This document shows, piece after piece, positions 17,556 to 25,185 of a stretch of DNA of 32,194 nucleotides. The stretch covers positions 1-32,194 of the IMG/VR virus record IMGVR_UViG_3300027797_002864; one strand, 5' to 3'. The DNA is from a virus. Lineage: Duplodnaviria > Caudoviricetes. Each line of letters starts with the position of its first letter. Positions within the stretch are counted from its first letter, which is position 1. The position numbers were made by a program, and so were the translations under genes. A model generated the notes under the pieces. It did no database searches and was not told where the DNA came from. It saw nothing but the letters and a program-made list of their open reading frames with translations.

Positions 17556-18062
17556 ATGATAGATCTTATACTATCTGATTATAATATATTATTGATAAGT
17601 TCTAGTATAATAATTGATGCAGCACATAGAGATACAATTAAGTTTTGTATTGATATAGGATTGGAGTGCGAATATAGGAAAAGAGATATAAAGAATCTAT
17701 ACTACAATTTCTTTATATATAATTTATGTGAGATTATAAGAAATAATAAGACTAGTTATAGAGTCGTTATATATCATGACACATCGTTACTAGTAGAATC
17801 ACATTATTTATATATGATTAATAAGATTAGTAGTATACTACCTATACCTGTTATTAATAACGAACTTGATGTCTATATATTCTATAAATTAGCCCTTAAT
17901 AAGGATGCTGAATCGATAGTAACTCTAGATAAACTTAAAAAACCTGATGCCTTAAATTTAAATTTGCAAAAGCTTAAGAGGTTCCTTAAAACTAATAATT
18001 TAAAGTTTTTAAACGATACCTATTTTAAGTCTATCCAAACTAAAATGGCTCTTTACACATAA
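17556..18062 (+). CDS. Hypothetical protein (168 aa), possibly a degenerate T4 RNase H/PIN-like fold
   Basis: Very AT-rich ORF with its own promoter; weak by-eye resemblance only. Confidence 0.6.
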   Translation: MIDLILSDYNILLISSSIIIDAAHRDTIKFCIDIGLECEYRKRDIKNLYYNFFIYNLCEIIRNNKTSYRVVIYHDTSLLVESHYLYMINKISSILPIPVINNELDVYIFYKLALNKDAESIVTLDKLKKPDALNLNLQKLKRFLKTNNLKFLNDTYFKSIQTKMALYT

Positions 18063-18065
18063 ATA
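18058..18065 (+). promoter_or_regulatory. gp55-type late promoter variant
   Basis: CATAAATA, 5 nt before ATG 18071. Confidence 0.55.
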
Positions 18066-18070
18066 CTAGT

Positions 18071-18463
18071 ATGACAAAGTTCCTACATATTGTAGAGCAA
18101 AATTTACCTGATTCAGATTACCAAGATCAATTAGATATAATTAATAAGTTTAAAGAAGATGCGCTCGCTCTTTATAAGTCAGGTAAGCTAGACTTTTTTA
18201 TTGTACCCATTCAAGGTACAGGTTCTGTTGTAACAGCTGTTGAGATAGTAAGTAGAGATGGTAAGAGAGTTAAGTTAACCCACCGTCCACCTAGTCGCAA
18301 ACTAGCTCCTTCAGAAGAAGCTGAAGACCCTGCCATGAAAAAAACTAACCCACTTACCGATATGCTTAATCTAGCAGATCCAGAGCTTAAAAAAAGGGCT
18401 GAAAGAGCTGCATTTGCAGTAGGAAGTGAGCTTGATAAAATGGCTGCGAATATATCAAGATGA
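18071..18463 (+). CDS. Hypothetical late protein (130 aa)
   Basis: Late-type promoter, leader MTKFLHIVEQ, ATGA coupling to the next gene. Confidence 0.7.
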   Translation: MTKFLHIVEQNLPDSDYQDQLDIINKFKEDALALYKSGKLDFFIVPIQGTGSVVTAVEIVSRDGKRVKLTHRPPSRKLAPSEEAEDPAMKKTNPLTDMLNLADPELKKRAERAAFAVGSELDKMAANISR

Positions 18464-18699
18464 AGACTTTAAATTTAATTAACAAATACTTTAAGCTTCT
18501 GGAACAGGATAAAAATCCTGGTCAGCCTGTTGACCCGACAGAGACAGGGTCTGAACCACCATCAGATGCAGAACCAACAGTAGAGCCTTTAACATCTATT
18601 GCTGAGCAGAGTTATATTTCTTTAGCTGCGCGTGCGTTTGCTTATAAGCCTACAGATGAGCAGATATCTCATGTTAACGACGCTTTATTAATGTCTTAA
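18460..18699 (+). CDS. Hypothetical protein, duplicate copy A (79 aa, lacks the C-terminal module)
   Basis: Colinear paralog of residues 1-79 of the next gene; first 17 aa identical with 6 synonymous substitutions. Confidence 0.8.
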   Translation: MKTLNLINKYFKLLEQDKNPGQPVDPTETGSEPPSDAEPTVEPLTSIAEQSYISLAARAFAYKPTDEQISHVNDALLMS

Positions 18700-18713
18700 T
18701 ATATTATAACGAA

Positions 18714-19127
18714 ATGAAGACTTTAAACTTAATTAACAAATACTTTAAACTTCTTGAGCAAGACGAAGCTCAGAATCAGCCTACTGATCAAGCAGAACCA
18801 GCAGCAGAACCAGCAGCGGAGCCAGATCAATCTGCAGAACCCTTAGTGTCTGTTGCTGAGCAAGGATATATTTCTCTAGTAGCGCAAGCGTTTGCTTATA
18901 AGCCACCTGAAGATCAAATTAACCGGGTTAATGATGCTTTATTAAAAGTCAATACTACCAATCCTCGTGTAATTAGAGAATTAATTGAAAGTTATTTACC
19001 ACCTAATTCAGAAAGTATAGATGAATTACTATCGAATCACAAAGACCCTAGATTAATTAGAGATCTAATTGAAGGATATTTACCAGACAGTTCTGATAGT
19101 ATAGATAGCCTCTTATCTGATGCATAA
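18714..19127 (+). CDS. Hypothetical protein, duplicate copy B (137 aa, two tandem C-terminal modules)
   Basis: 79-aa N-part, then NTTNPRVIRELIESYLPPNSESIDELLS, then NHKDPRLIRDLIEGYLPDSSDSIDSLLSDA. Also a 12-bp repeat GCAGAACCAGCA twice at 18792-18815. Confidence 0.85.
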   Translation: MKTLNLINKYFKLLEQDEAQNQPTDQAEPAAEPAAEPDQSAEPLVSVAEQGYISLVAQAFAYKPPEDQINRVNDALLKVNTTNPRVIRELIESYLPPNSESIDELLSNHKDPRLIRDLIEGYLPDSSDSIDSLLSDA

Positions 19128-20407
19128 TGAATATTAGATTAATACAAGCTTATAGTCAAGTTAGTAAGGTAGATGTTCCTAAACCCAGGCACTTAACAGT
19201 CTTGCGGGAAGATACTATCTATAAGAGTAAAGCCCAGCTTTCGAAAGCAATAAAAGACACTGAAACTACTTTTAAAAGTAGTGTTAAGGATGGTTCTATC
19301 CGAGTTACTCCTAGTGATAAAAATAGTACATCCTCAAGAGAAGAGTTAGTTAAAAAGTTTGAAGATACCTTACGTGATATTAATCTCGTAATTAAAGATA
19401 TATTACCTAAGAATGTAGGTGCATCCTCTATGTACCCAACATATGTAGTTACAGATGATAGTTCTACTGAATACCAGATTGTTCTAGGTGGAGGCGCTGC
19501 TTCCAACAAGGGCATGAAATATGAACGTGATGTTTTAAAGTCTCTTGAGGAATACTTTACTAAAATAGGCCTTGGTGAAGATATTGACAAGCCTGCATTT
19601 TTAACTGAATTAGAGGATAAGCTTGATATAACATTTACAGGTATTAAAGATGGTATAGATTTCGATCGAAAGGTTAAAAGACCTTTAGATGCTGATGGAC
19701 CTGAAGATAAAGGAGAGGTTATTGCAGATCTAGCACTTAAAGATGAAGATGGAGATGTATTTTATATTTCATTAAAAGATATAGGTGGTATAACCGTAGC
19801 AAATAATGGAGCTGCTGGTATGTTTAGCGTAGATCGCAAAACAAAAACAGTTGAGTTTAATGGTGAAAAGAGTGATATAGGTAAGAAGGTTTTTGAGGCA
19901 TCAGGTATTAATGAAGAAGGTATTAAAAAGGTAGAGCAGGGTTTATCAGATTATTTAAATGAGGTAGATTCTCAACCAGGTTTAGAGGATATTGAAGACA
20001 CGACTGATTTAGCTAATATACCACTTTTAAAGAAATTATTAAAATCCGCTTTTGATTATGGTTACATTTATGTAAAGAGAAAATCTTCCGGACACGAAAT
20101 TATTGACCTAACAACCTCTGATGATCTTGATGATTTTATAGGTGATATTGAGGCTGTAAAAGTAAAATACCCGTATTATAGGAGTAAAGGTAATAAAAAA
20201 CGAAGAAAGGGTGTATCTGTTATGATTGAGACAGAAAATAATTTATTTAGTTTTGATATAAGAAATGCATCACGTGGAATTATACCTAAACAGATTAATC
20301 TGGTTAAGTTGAAGTCAAAAAGCGAATTTAAAGTAGACGCTGGCAATGTAGATGCAGTGGCTTCTTCGAATCAAGATATGGAAACAACCTTACAAAAATA
20401 TTTTTAA
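19127..20407 (+). CDS. Putative PD-(D/E)XK restriction-endonuclease-like protein
   Basis: NKG.KYE helix followed by IADLAL..EDG..FYISLK, a D...SxK variant of the catalytic motif. TAATG coupling on both sides. Confidence 0.55.
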   Translation: MNIRLIQAYSQVSKVDVPKPRHLTVLREDTIYKSKAQLSKAIKDTETTFKSSVKDGSIRVTPSDKNSTSSREELVKKFEDTLRDINLVIKDILPKNVGASSMYPTYVVTDDSSTEYQIVLGGGAASNKGMKYERDVLKSLEEYFTKIGLGEDIDKPAFLTELEDKLDITFTGIKDGIDFDRKVKRPLDADGPEDKGEVIADLALKDEDGDVFYISLKDIGGITVANNGAAGMFSVDRKTKTVEFNGEKSDIGKKVFEASGINEEGIKKVEQGLSDYLNEVDSQPGLEDIEDTTDLANIPLLKKLLKSAFDYGYIYVKRKSSGHEIIDLTTSDDLDDFIGDIEAVKVKYPYYRSKGNKKRRKGVSVMIETENNLFSFDIRNASRGIIPKQINLVKLKSKSEFKVDAGNVDAVASSNQDMETTLQKYF

Positions 20408-21807
20408 TGAGAAATTTTAAGCAACACTACCAGTTAGTTAATGAGTTCTTCGATGATATCGAAGGAGCTGTTAAGCATATTGATCACCTAGAGGAGAACA
20501 TTTTAAACAAAGGTAAGCAAGGAGTTAAGGAGGCTTTAAATCAAATAGACGCTTCAATTTCCTACTTTTTGGATGAGTCTGATTACAAAATCAGTACCAA
20601 GTTCGATGGTTCACCTGCTATAGTCGCTGGTGTTGATGTTAATGGTAGATTCTTCGTTGGTACTAAGTCAGTTTTTGGTAAAAAAGATGAGGTGACTGGT
20701 AAGCGTAAGATTTGCTATAATACGGAAGATGTAAATACATATTATGGTGCCAAACCTGGGCTAGCAGAAAAATTAAATCTAGCACTAGAATATTTACCAT
20801 CTCTTAATTTAAGAGGCATATATCAAATGGATTATATGTTTGATAACAGAATCAAGGACGTAATAACTCCTAAGACAATTGATGGTGTCGCGAATGAAAA
20901 TAAATTTATAACATTTAGACCTAATCCTTCTGGCATTATATATGCTGTATACCCTGATAGTCCTTATGGACAGCAGATTATAAATTCTAAGATTGGAGTA
21001 GCTATCCATATTGAATATGTGGTTAAGAATGGGATTCTGAAGGTTAAAAAGTATACCTCGACTCCAGAGGAATTTTCTCCATCAAAGACAGTGTTTTTAT
21101 TTAACATATTAACAAATAAACCAAAGAATGTAAAAAGTCAATTTGGTAAATTATTATTAAGAGATGTTAATAAGAAGAAGAACACTGCTTTAAGGTTAGC
21201 TAACTCTATTGACTTCAGTGGATTAGCTGATTACACAGCAGAGCTAAAGACTTACATAAATACAGAAGTAAGATTAGGTAGATTTCTAGAAAATCCAAAA
21301 GTGTCAGCTGATGAGTTTATTAACTACATGTCAATCAAGCACAAAAAAGAACTTGACATCGTAGATAAAGAGATTGAAAGTGTAGAAAAGGAAGAGGAAG
21401 GCAAAAAAAAGGATAATAGTAGGGCTAGGAAGTTAAAGAAGAAGAAAGATAAGACTGAAAAAATGAATAAGGTTATCGCTGAATTAAAAGCTCTAAAACC
21501 ATCTATACAAAAAGCCTTTCAAATAACACGAATTATCGCTGTTTTAAAGAACAACCTTATTAAAATATTTAACGAGATTACTAAAAATGATCTTCTTGGT
21601 ACATATGTACCAAAGTCACAAGAGAGACCAGATATATGGGAGACCACAGTACCAGAAGGGTTCGCTCTGTCTAGAGTCGGTAGTAACGAAGATGATCCTC
21701 CAGTCATAACAAAGATGGTAACGAGAGTTGGTGACGAAGGTAAACCTGGATTTTCGCAAATTAATTTCAGAAGACCTACCCCTGGAGCTACTAATCCAAC
21801 TGCTTAA
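20407..21807 (+). CDS. ATP-dependent ligase-like protein (RNA-ligase-like, DUF6267-like)
   Basis: HIDHLEE, motif I STKFDGSPA, FFVGTKSVF, YQMD, motif IV PEGFAL, motif V KMV.R and FS..NF. Confidence 0.7.
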   Translation: MRNFKQHYQLVNEFFDDIEGAVKHIDHLEENILNKGKQGVKEALNQIDASISYFLDESDYKISTKFDGSPAIVAGVDVNGRFFVGTKSVFGKKDEVTGKRKICYNTEDVNTYYGAKPGLAEKLNLALEYLPSLNLRGIYQMDYMFDNRIKDVITPKTIDGVANENKFITFRPNPSGIIYAVYPDSPYGQQIINSKIGVAIHIEYVVKNGILKVKKYTSTPEEFSPSKTVFLFNILTNKPKNVKSQFGKLLLRDVNKKKNTALRLANSIDFSGLADYTAELKTYINTEVRLGRFLENPKVSADEFINYMSIKHKKELDIVDKEIESVEKEEEGKKKDNSRARKLKKKKDKTEKMNKVIAELKALKPSIQKAFQITRIIAVLKNNLIKIFNEITKNDLLGTYVPKSQERPDIWETTVPEGFALSRVGSNEDDPPVITKMVTRVGDEGKPGFSQINFRRPTPGATNPTA

Positions 21808-22376
21808 TGAAATCCTTTAAATTATTTTTTGAGCAGGAAGGCGACTCAGTAGCTATACTACCAGGTGGGTTTAAACCACCTACCAAGGGTCATTTTATGG
21901 CTCTACAACACATTTTACAGGATGCTAAAAGAGGTATAGTTTATATTGGTAAAAGAGAAAGAGATGGTGTAGCTGTAACCCCAGATATGTCCGCTTACAT
22001 ATGGAAGATATATTCTAAGTACTTATCAAAACCTATAGAAATAGTTGTAGCTGAGAAATCACCTGTCCTCTCCACTATAGAATACGCTGATAATAATAAA
22101 GATACAAGAATTATAGTCGGTGCTGGTGGTCCTCGAAAGCCTGGTGACAAAAATGATGATATGAAGAGATACGAATATTTTCGTAAACATAAAGAAAAAT
22201 ATCCCTTAGTTGATGTAAAAGAAATACCATCTCAAGAGGGGGGCATATCAGGTACGATTACAAGAGAGCTTCTAGCACAGGATATCAATAAAGCTCTGGA
22301 TTACTTCTTACCTGAAGAGGTTAAAAGTAATATAAATGATGTAGCTCAGATAAAAAATATACTTAAGTATAAATAA
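21807..22376 (+). CDS. HxGH-superfamily nucleotidyltransferase (cytidylyltransferase/CoaD/NadD-like)
   Basis: PGGFKPPTKGH and ISGT..R motifs. Confidence 0.8.
   Translation: MKSFKLFFEQEGDSVAILPGGFKPPTKGHFMALQHILQDAKRGIVYIGKRERDGVAVTPDMSAYIWKIYSKYLSKPIEIVVAEKSPVLSTIEYADNNKDTRIIVGAGGPRKPGDKNDDMKRYEYFRKHKEKYPLVDVKEIPSQEGGISGTITRELLAQDINKALDYFLPEEVKSNINDVAQIKNILKYK
22368..22375 (+). promoter_or_regulatory. gp55-type late promoter
   Basis: Exact TATAAATA, 5 nt before ATG 22381. Confidence 0.7.
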
Positions 22377-22380
22377 CTAT

Positions 22381-22830
22381 ATGTTTACAAAGCAAGATCA
22401 GCAGATTTTATCTGAAAGATATAAAGTTGTACAGGAACTAAGTATTAGTCCAGCTGCTGGAATGTCAACTCTTGGTAGTCCGATTGTAATGGCTATCAGT
22501 CCTCCATCAGACGCTGATCAAATTCACAATCATGACCATGAAGAAGGTGAAGAGCATGATGAGAGTGAGATAGAGATGGCGTGTGCCGATCTCTATAAAC
22601 TAGCTGAGTATTCTCCCAAGCTAATGGAGATGGTTAAACAGATGCCTTCACTAGAAGGTTGGGTAGCTGCTAAGATTACAAAAGCTGCTGACTATATTGA
22701 CTCTGTTTACGGCTGGCTTAAGTATTCTAACAGTGAAGATTGTGGTTGTGATGGAGGTCATAAAGATTCACACAATCATTCTGATACCAATCTCATGTTT
22801 TCAACTGGCTATGAAGATGAACAGCTTTAA
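22381..22830 (+). CDS. Hypothetical late/virion protein (149 aa) with His/Asp-rich flanks
   Basis: Helical core E.EMA..DL...LEGWVAAKITKAADYI.SV flanked by His/acid-rich tracts; consensus late promoter. Confidence 0.75.
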   Translation: MFTKQDQQILSERYKVVQELSISPAAGMSTLGSPIVMAISPPSDADQIHNHDHEEGEEHDESEIEMACADLYKLAEYSPKLMEMVKQMPSLEGWVAAKITKAADYIDSVYGWLKYSNSEDCGCDGGHKDSHNHSDTNLMFSTGYEDEQL

Positions 22831-23260
22831 GCAATTTTTTCAAGAAAAAACACTGCTAGGGTTAATTGAGTTTTTTGATTTAGGCCCTGGTCTTGATAAT
22901 ATACCGGCTAAATTAGACTCTGGTAACGGTGCTTATAACGTTCTGCATGGCGTTGATATACAATATCAAGGAGATAAGGTCTTCTTTAGAACTGTAAACA
23001 ACAAGACACTTGTTAAGCCTCTAATAGAGAAAATTGAAATTAACGTTGGAGAGGAAAAATTTACTGAGAGACCGGTTGTAAAGTTCGATGTAGTTGTAGG
23101 TGGTCAGCTTTATAAGGATACACTTTTTTCTATAAGTAATAGAACATCAAACATTTATAAGATTCTCGTAGGTAAAGACTTTATTGAGAAAAAACTCGAT
23201 GCTATAATAGACGTCAGTCAAGAGAACATCGCTGATAAAAATATCGATGTTAAGGTCTAA
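22817..23260 (+). CDS. Retropepsin-like aspartic protease (RimK-associated/RimB-like family)
   Basis: AKLDSGN, ERPVV, FS.SNR and YKILVGK.F. Start moved to MNSFKQFFQE (22817; 22811 is also possible). Confidence 0.75.
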   Translation: MNSFKQFFQEKTLLGLIEFFDLGPGLDNIPAKLDSGNGAYNVLHGVDIQYQGDKVFFRTVNNKTLVKPLIEKIEINVGEEKFTERPVVKFDVVVGGQLYKDTLFSISNRTSNIYKILVGKDFIEKKLDAIIDVSQENIADKNIDVKV

Positions 23261-23790
23261 GAAAACCACACAGGTCTTTCTCTAACTGACCAGATCGCGA
23301 AGTCTTTATCTTTGCAAATGTACTCTCGATACTGCTCAACTACGGATAGTTCGTTAAAACCTACAGTCTTACGACACTCACTATCAGGACTAATAGCAAC
23401 TGCGAAAGGAGTTAGTCCTTTATCAGGCATTATAGTACTATTAATGTTTTCCTTACACCACTTAATGAAGTTAAGGGTAAAATGCTCTGCAGAATTAGGC
23501 CAACGATACATTCGTTCGTTAAACATCTCGAGAGTATGGTCTACTAACCATTGAAAGTTACTTTTCGACTCACGAACCCATACAGTGCACTGATGGTTGA
23601 AGTAACCTTTACCACTTTTACGTGGTTTACCTGTCTTAGTACGAGGCACAGACGGATGATTTAAGGTAGACTGATCGAACGCATGAGCTAACATGATTGC
23701 CGATTCTATTTGCATTTTACTTCTAACATGCTTATCACAAAGTTCTCGTGCTGCAACAATAGGGTCAGGGTCGGTAACAAAAATATTCAT
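23257..23790 (-). CDS. Pyrimidine-dimer DNA glycosylase-like protein (endonuclease V family)
   Basis: MNIF..D.DP..AA...CDKH...KM.IE.A.ML, NH.C..W.R.S..N..WL and YR.Y. Start 23790 has GAGG upstream. Confidence 0.75.
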   Translation of the reverse strand: MNIFVTDPDPIVAARELCDKHVRSKMQIESAIMLAHAFDQSTLNHPSVPRTKTGKPRKSGKGYFNHQCTVWVRESKSNFQWLVDHTLEMFNERMYRWPNSAEHFTLNFIKWCKENINSTIMPDKGLTPFAVAISPDSECRKTVGFNELSVVEQYREYICKDKDFAIWSVRERPVWFS

Positions 23791-23803
23791 ATACTTCGAC
23801 CTC

Positions 23804-23818
23804 ATTATACTAATGTTC
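23804..23818 (-). promoter_or_regulatory. Promoter with GAAC box but no recognisable -35
   Basis: GAACA-N4-TATAAT upstream of the glycosylase gene. Confidence 0.5.
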
Positions 23819-23819
23819 G

Positions 23820-24470
23820 TTATGCTGTAGCCATATCGATGAACTTATAGAACTCAGTACGAGTCTTATCGTCATTTAAGAAGTCTCCTGACAGTTTACT
23901 AGTTACCATATTACCACCATGATGCTTAACCCCACGGCCACACACGCAAAAGTGTTGAGCCTTAACTAATACTGCTACTCCAAGGTTACCTTCACATGCT
24001 TCGTTGATAGCTCCAAAGATTTGCATAGTAAGTCCCTCTTGAAGAGTAGGTCGACGAGCGTAAAACTCGACAATACGGTTAAGTTTACTTAGACCTACTA
24101 CTTTACCGTCTTTACTAGGAATATATGCGACATGAGCTACACCAACAACAGGTTGAGCATGGTGACTGCACATCGAATGAACAGGAATATTGCATTGAGC
24201 TACAATACCGTCATAACCATCGTTAGGGAATGCAGTAATATTAGGTGGTGAGTCATAACAACCACGAGCAAGATCATTAACGAACGCTTTTGCTACGCGT
24301 AAAGGTGTATTATCTGAATTAGGATCGTTTTTCCAGTCAAAACCAAGAGCGTCAAGATACAAACCATAAGCTACTGCAGCACGTTCAATAATTAACCGCT
24401 TTTCTTCGTCGGTGCAAGGATGATTACTGTTTGCAAGGGGTAGGATACTATTCGAATTCATTTCAGTCAT
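23820..24470 (-). CDS. folE: GTP cyclohydrolase I (FolE)
   Basis: TP.RVAK, SMCSHH, AYIP, GLSKLNR, QE and H.C...RGV. Confidence 0.95.
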   Translation of the reverse strand: MTEMNSNSILPLANSNHPCTDEEKRLIIERAAVAYGLYLDALGFDWKNDPNSDNTPLRVAKAFVNDLARGCYDSPPNITAFPNDGYDGIVAQCNIPVHSMCSHHAQPVVGVAHVAYIPSKDGKVVGLSKLNRIVEFYARRPTLQEGLTMQIFGAINEACEGNLGVAVLVKAQHFCVCGRGVKHHGGNMVTSKLSGDFLNDDKTRTEFYKFIDMATA

Positions 24471-24476
24471 ACTATT

Positions 24477-24504
24477 ATACTATGATAGTTCGTTAATTTA
24501 TCAA
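24477..24504 (-). promoter_or_regulatory. Sigma70-like promoter with GAACT spacer box (folE)
   Basis: TTGATA-N7-GAACT-N4-TAGTAT, 6 nt before the ATG; an overlapping TATAAT is an alternative -10. Confidence 0.65.
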
Positions 24505-24511
24505 TAAACAA

Positions 24512-24519
24512 TATAAATA
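24512..24519 (+). promoter_or_regulatory. gp55-type late promoter
   Basis: Exact TATAAATA, 6 nt before ATG 24526. Confidence 0.7.
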
Positions 24520-24525
24520 TTTAAA

Positions 24526-25071
24526 ATGAAAAAGTATACGCAGCGCGAGCTCCATAACGAAGCTTTTAGAAATATGTTAGCAAACGTAGGTAGAGGTTTC
24601 GTTAGAGGTATGGGTAAAGTAGCAAAAGCGGTACCTGGAGCTGTATGGAGTGGAATTAAAACCTCTGTAAAAAATGTTGGTAAGCATATATCACCTGAAC
24701 TTGCTAGTTTGGGTCGAAAAGCTCTAAATGTATACTACTCAGGTCGACCAGATATAGCAATTAAGGAGCATCTTGAAAAAAACAGAACTGTACCTGTCTA
24801 TATGAGTGGAGTAAAAGAGGATAAAATTATAGACGGTACAATAAGTCATACTTTCAAAGATACTTTTGTACGTGATGCAAGTGGCGCCACCGTTGCAGAT
24901 GATATAAAAAACTCTAATACCAAAAGACTTAAATTTAAAAGTGAAGGTATATCTACCAACAAAGATGACATTGTTAGGATTGAATTTAATGCAGATAGTG
25001 GTAAATATATTGCTTTTTTTGATCAAATAGATAAAAACAAGCTACAACTAATAGCTATTAAAGATGCTTAA
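24526..25071 (+). CDS. Hypothetical late protein (181 aa) with Gly/Lys-rich amphipathic N-terminal region
   Basis: Late promoter; leader ending LHNE, then AFRNMLANVGRGFVRGMGKVAKAVPGAVWSGIKTSVKNVGK. Confidence 0.75.
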   Translation: MKKYTQRELHNEAFRNMLANVGRGFVRGMGKVAKAVPGAVWSGIKTSVKNVGKHISPELASLGRKALNVYYSGRPDIAIKEHLEKNRTVPVYMSGVKEDKIIDGTISHTFKDTFVRDASGATVADDIKNSNTKRLKFKSEGISTNKDDIVRIEFNADSGKYIAFFDQIDKNKLQLIAIKDA

Positions 25072-25150
25072 AAATCTGTCAGTTGATTTATTTTTCGTTA
25101 GAATAAGTAAATACAGATAATCGAAAGTAAGAATAATATTTAAATACCAG

Positions 25151-25179
25151 TTGATAGGTTAATTGAGATAGATTACAAT
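25151..25179 (+). promoter_or_regulatory. Sigma70-like promoter (queD)
   Basis: TTGATA-N17-TACAAT, 6 nt before the ATG. Confidence 0.6.
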
Positions 25180-25185
25180 TAACAG

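Noticed and set aside
18460-18699. Copy A as a pseudogene
   Set aside because: Intact coupled start, only synonymous changes over the first 17 codons, and conserved downstream motifs argue for selection.
22697-22810. N-terminal extensions in the ORF track (also 6149-6166, 13470-13478, 16811-16846, 23791-23805, 31037-31108)
   Set aside because: They overlap upstream genes or promoters; downstream ATGs fit coupling, promoter position and family N-termini better.
5103-25026. Short shadow ORFs (5103-5357, 7507-7701, 9899-10120, 11713-11958, 13303-13542, 14585-14767, 14954-15139, 15057-15317, 16170-16397, 19219-19590, 20809-21009, 21519-21707, 23312-23554, 24739-25026)
   Set aside because: All lie antisense or out of frame within well-supported genes and show no motifs.
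25072-25150. Possible small RNA or second promoter (CAGTTGAT, AGAATAA and TAAATAC each occur twice up to 25155)
   Set aside because: No stable hairpin, and no -10 at the expected distance from the first TTGATT; too weak to call.
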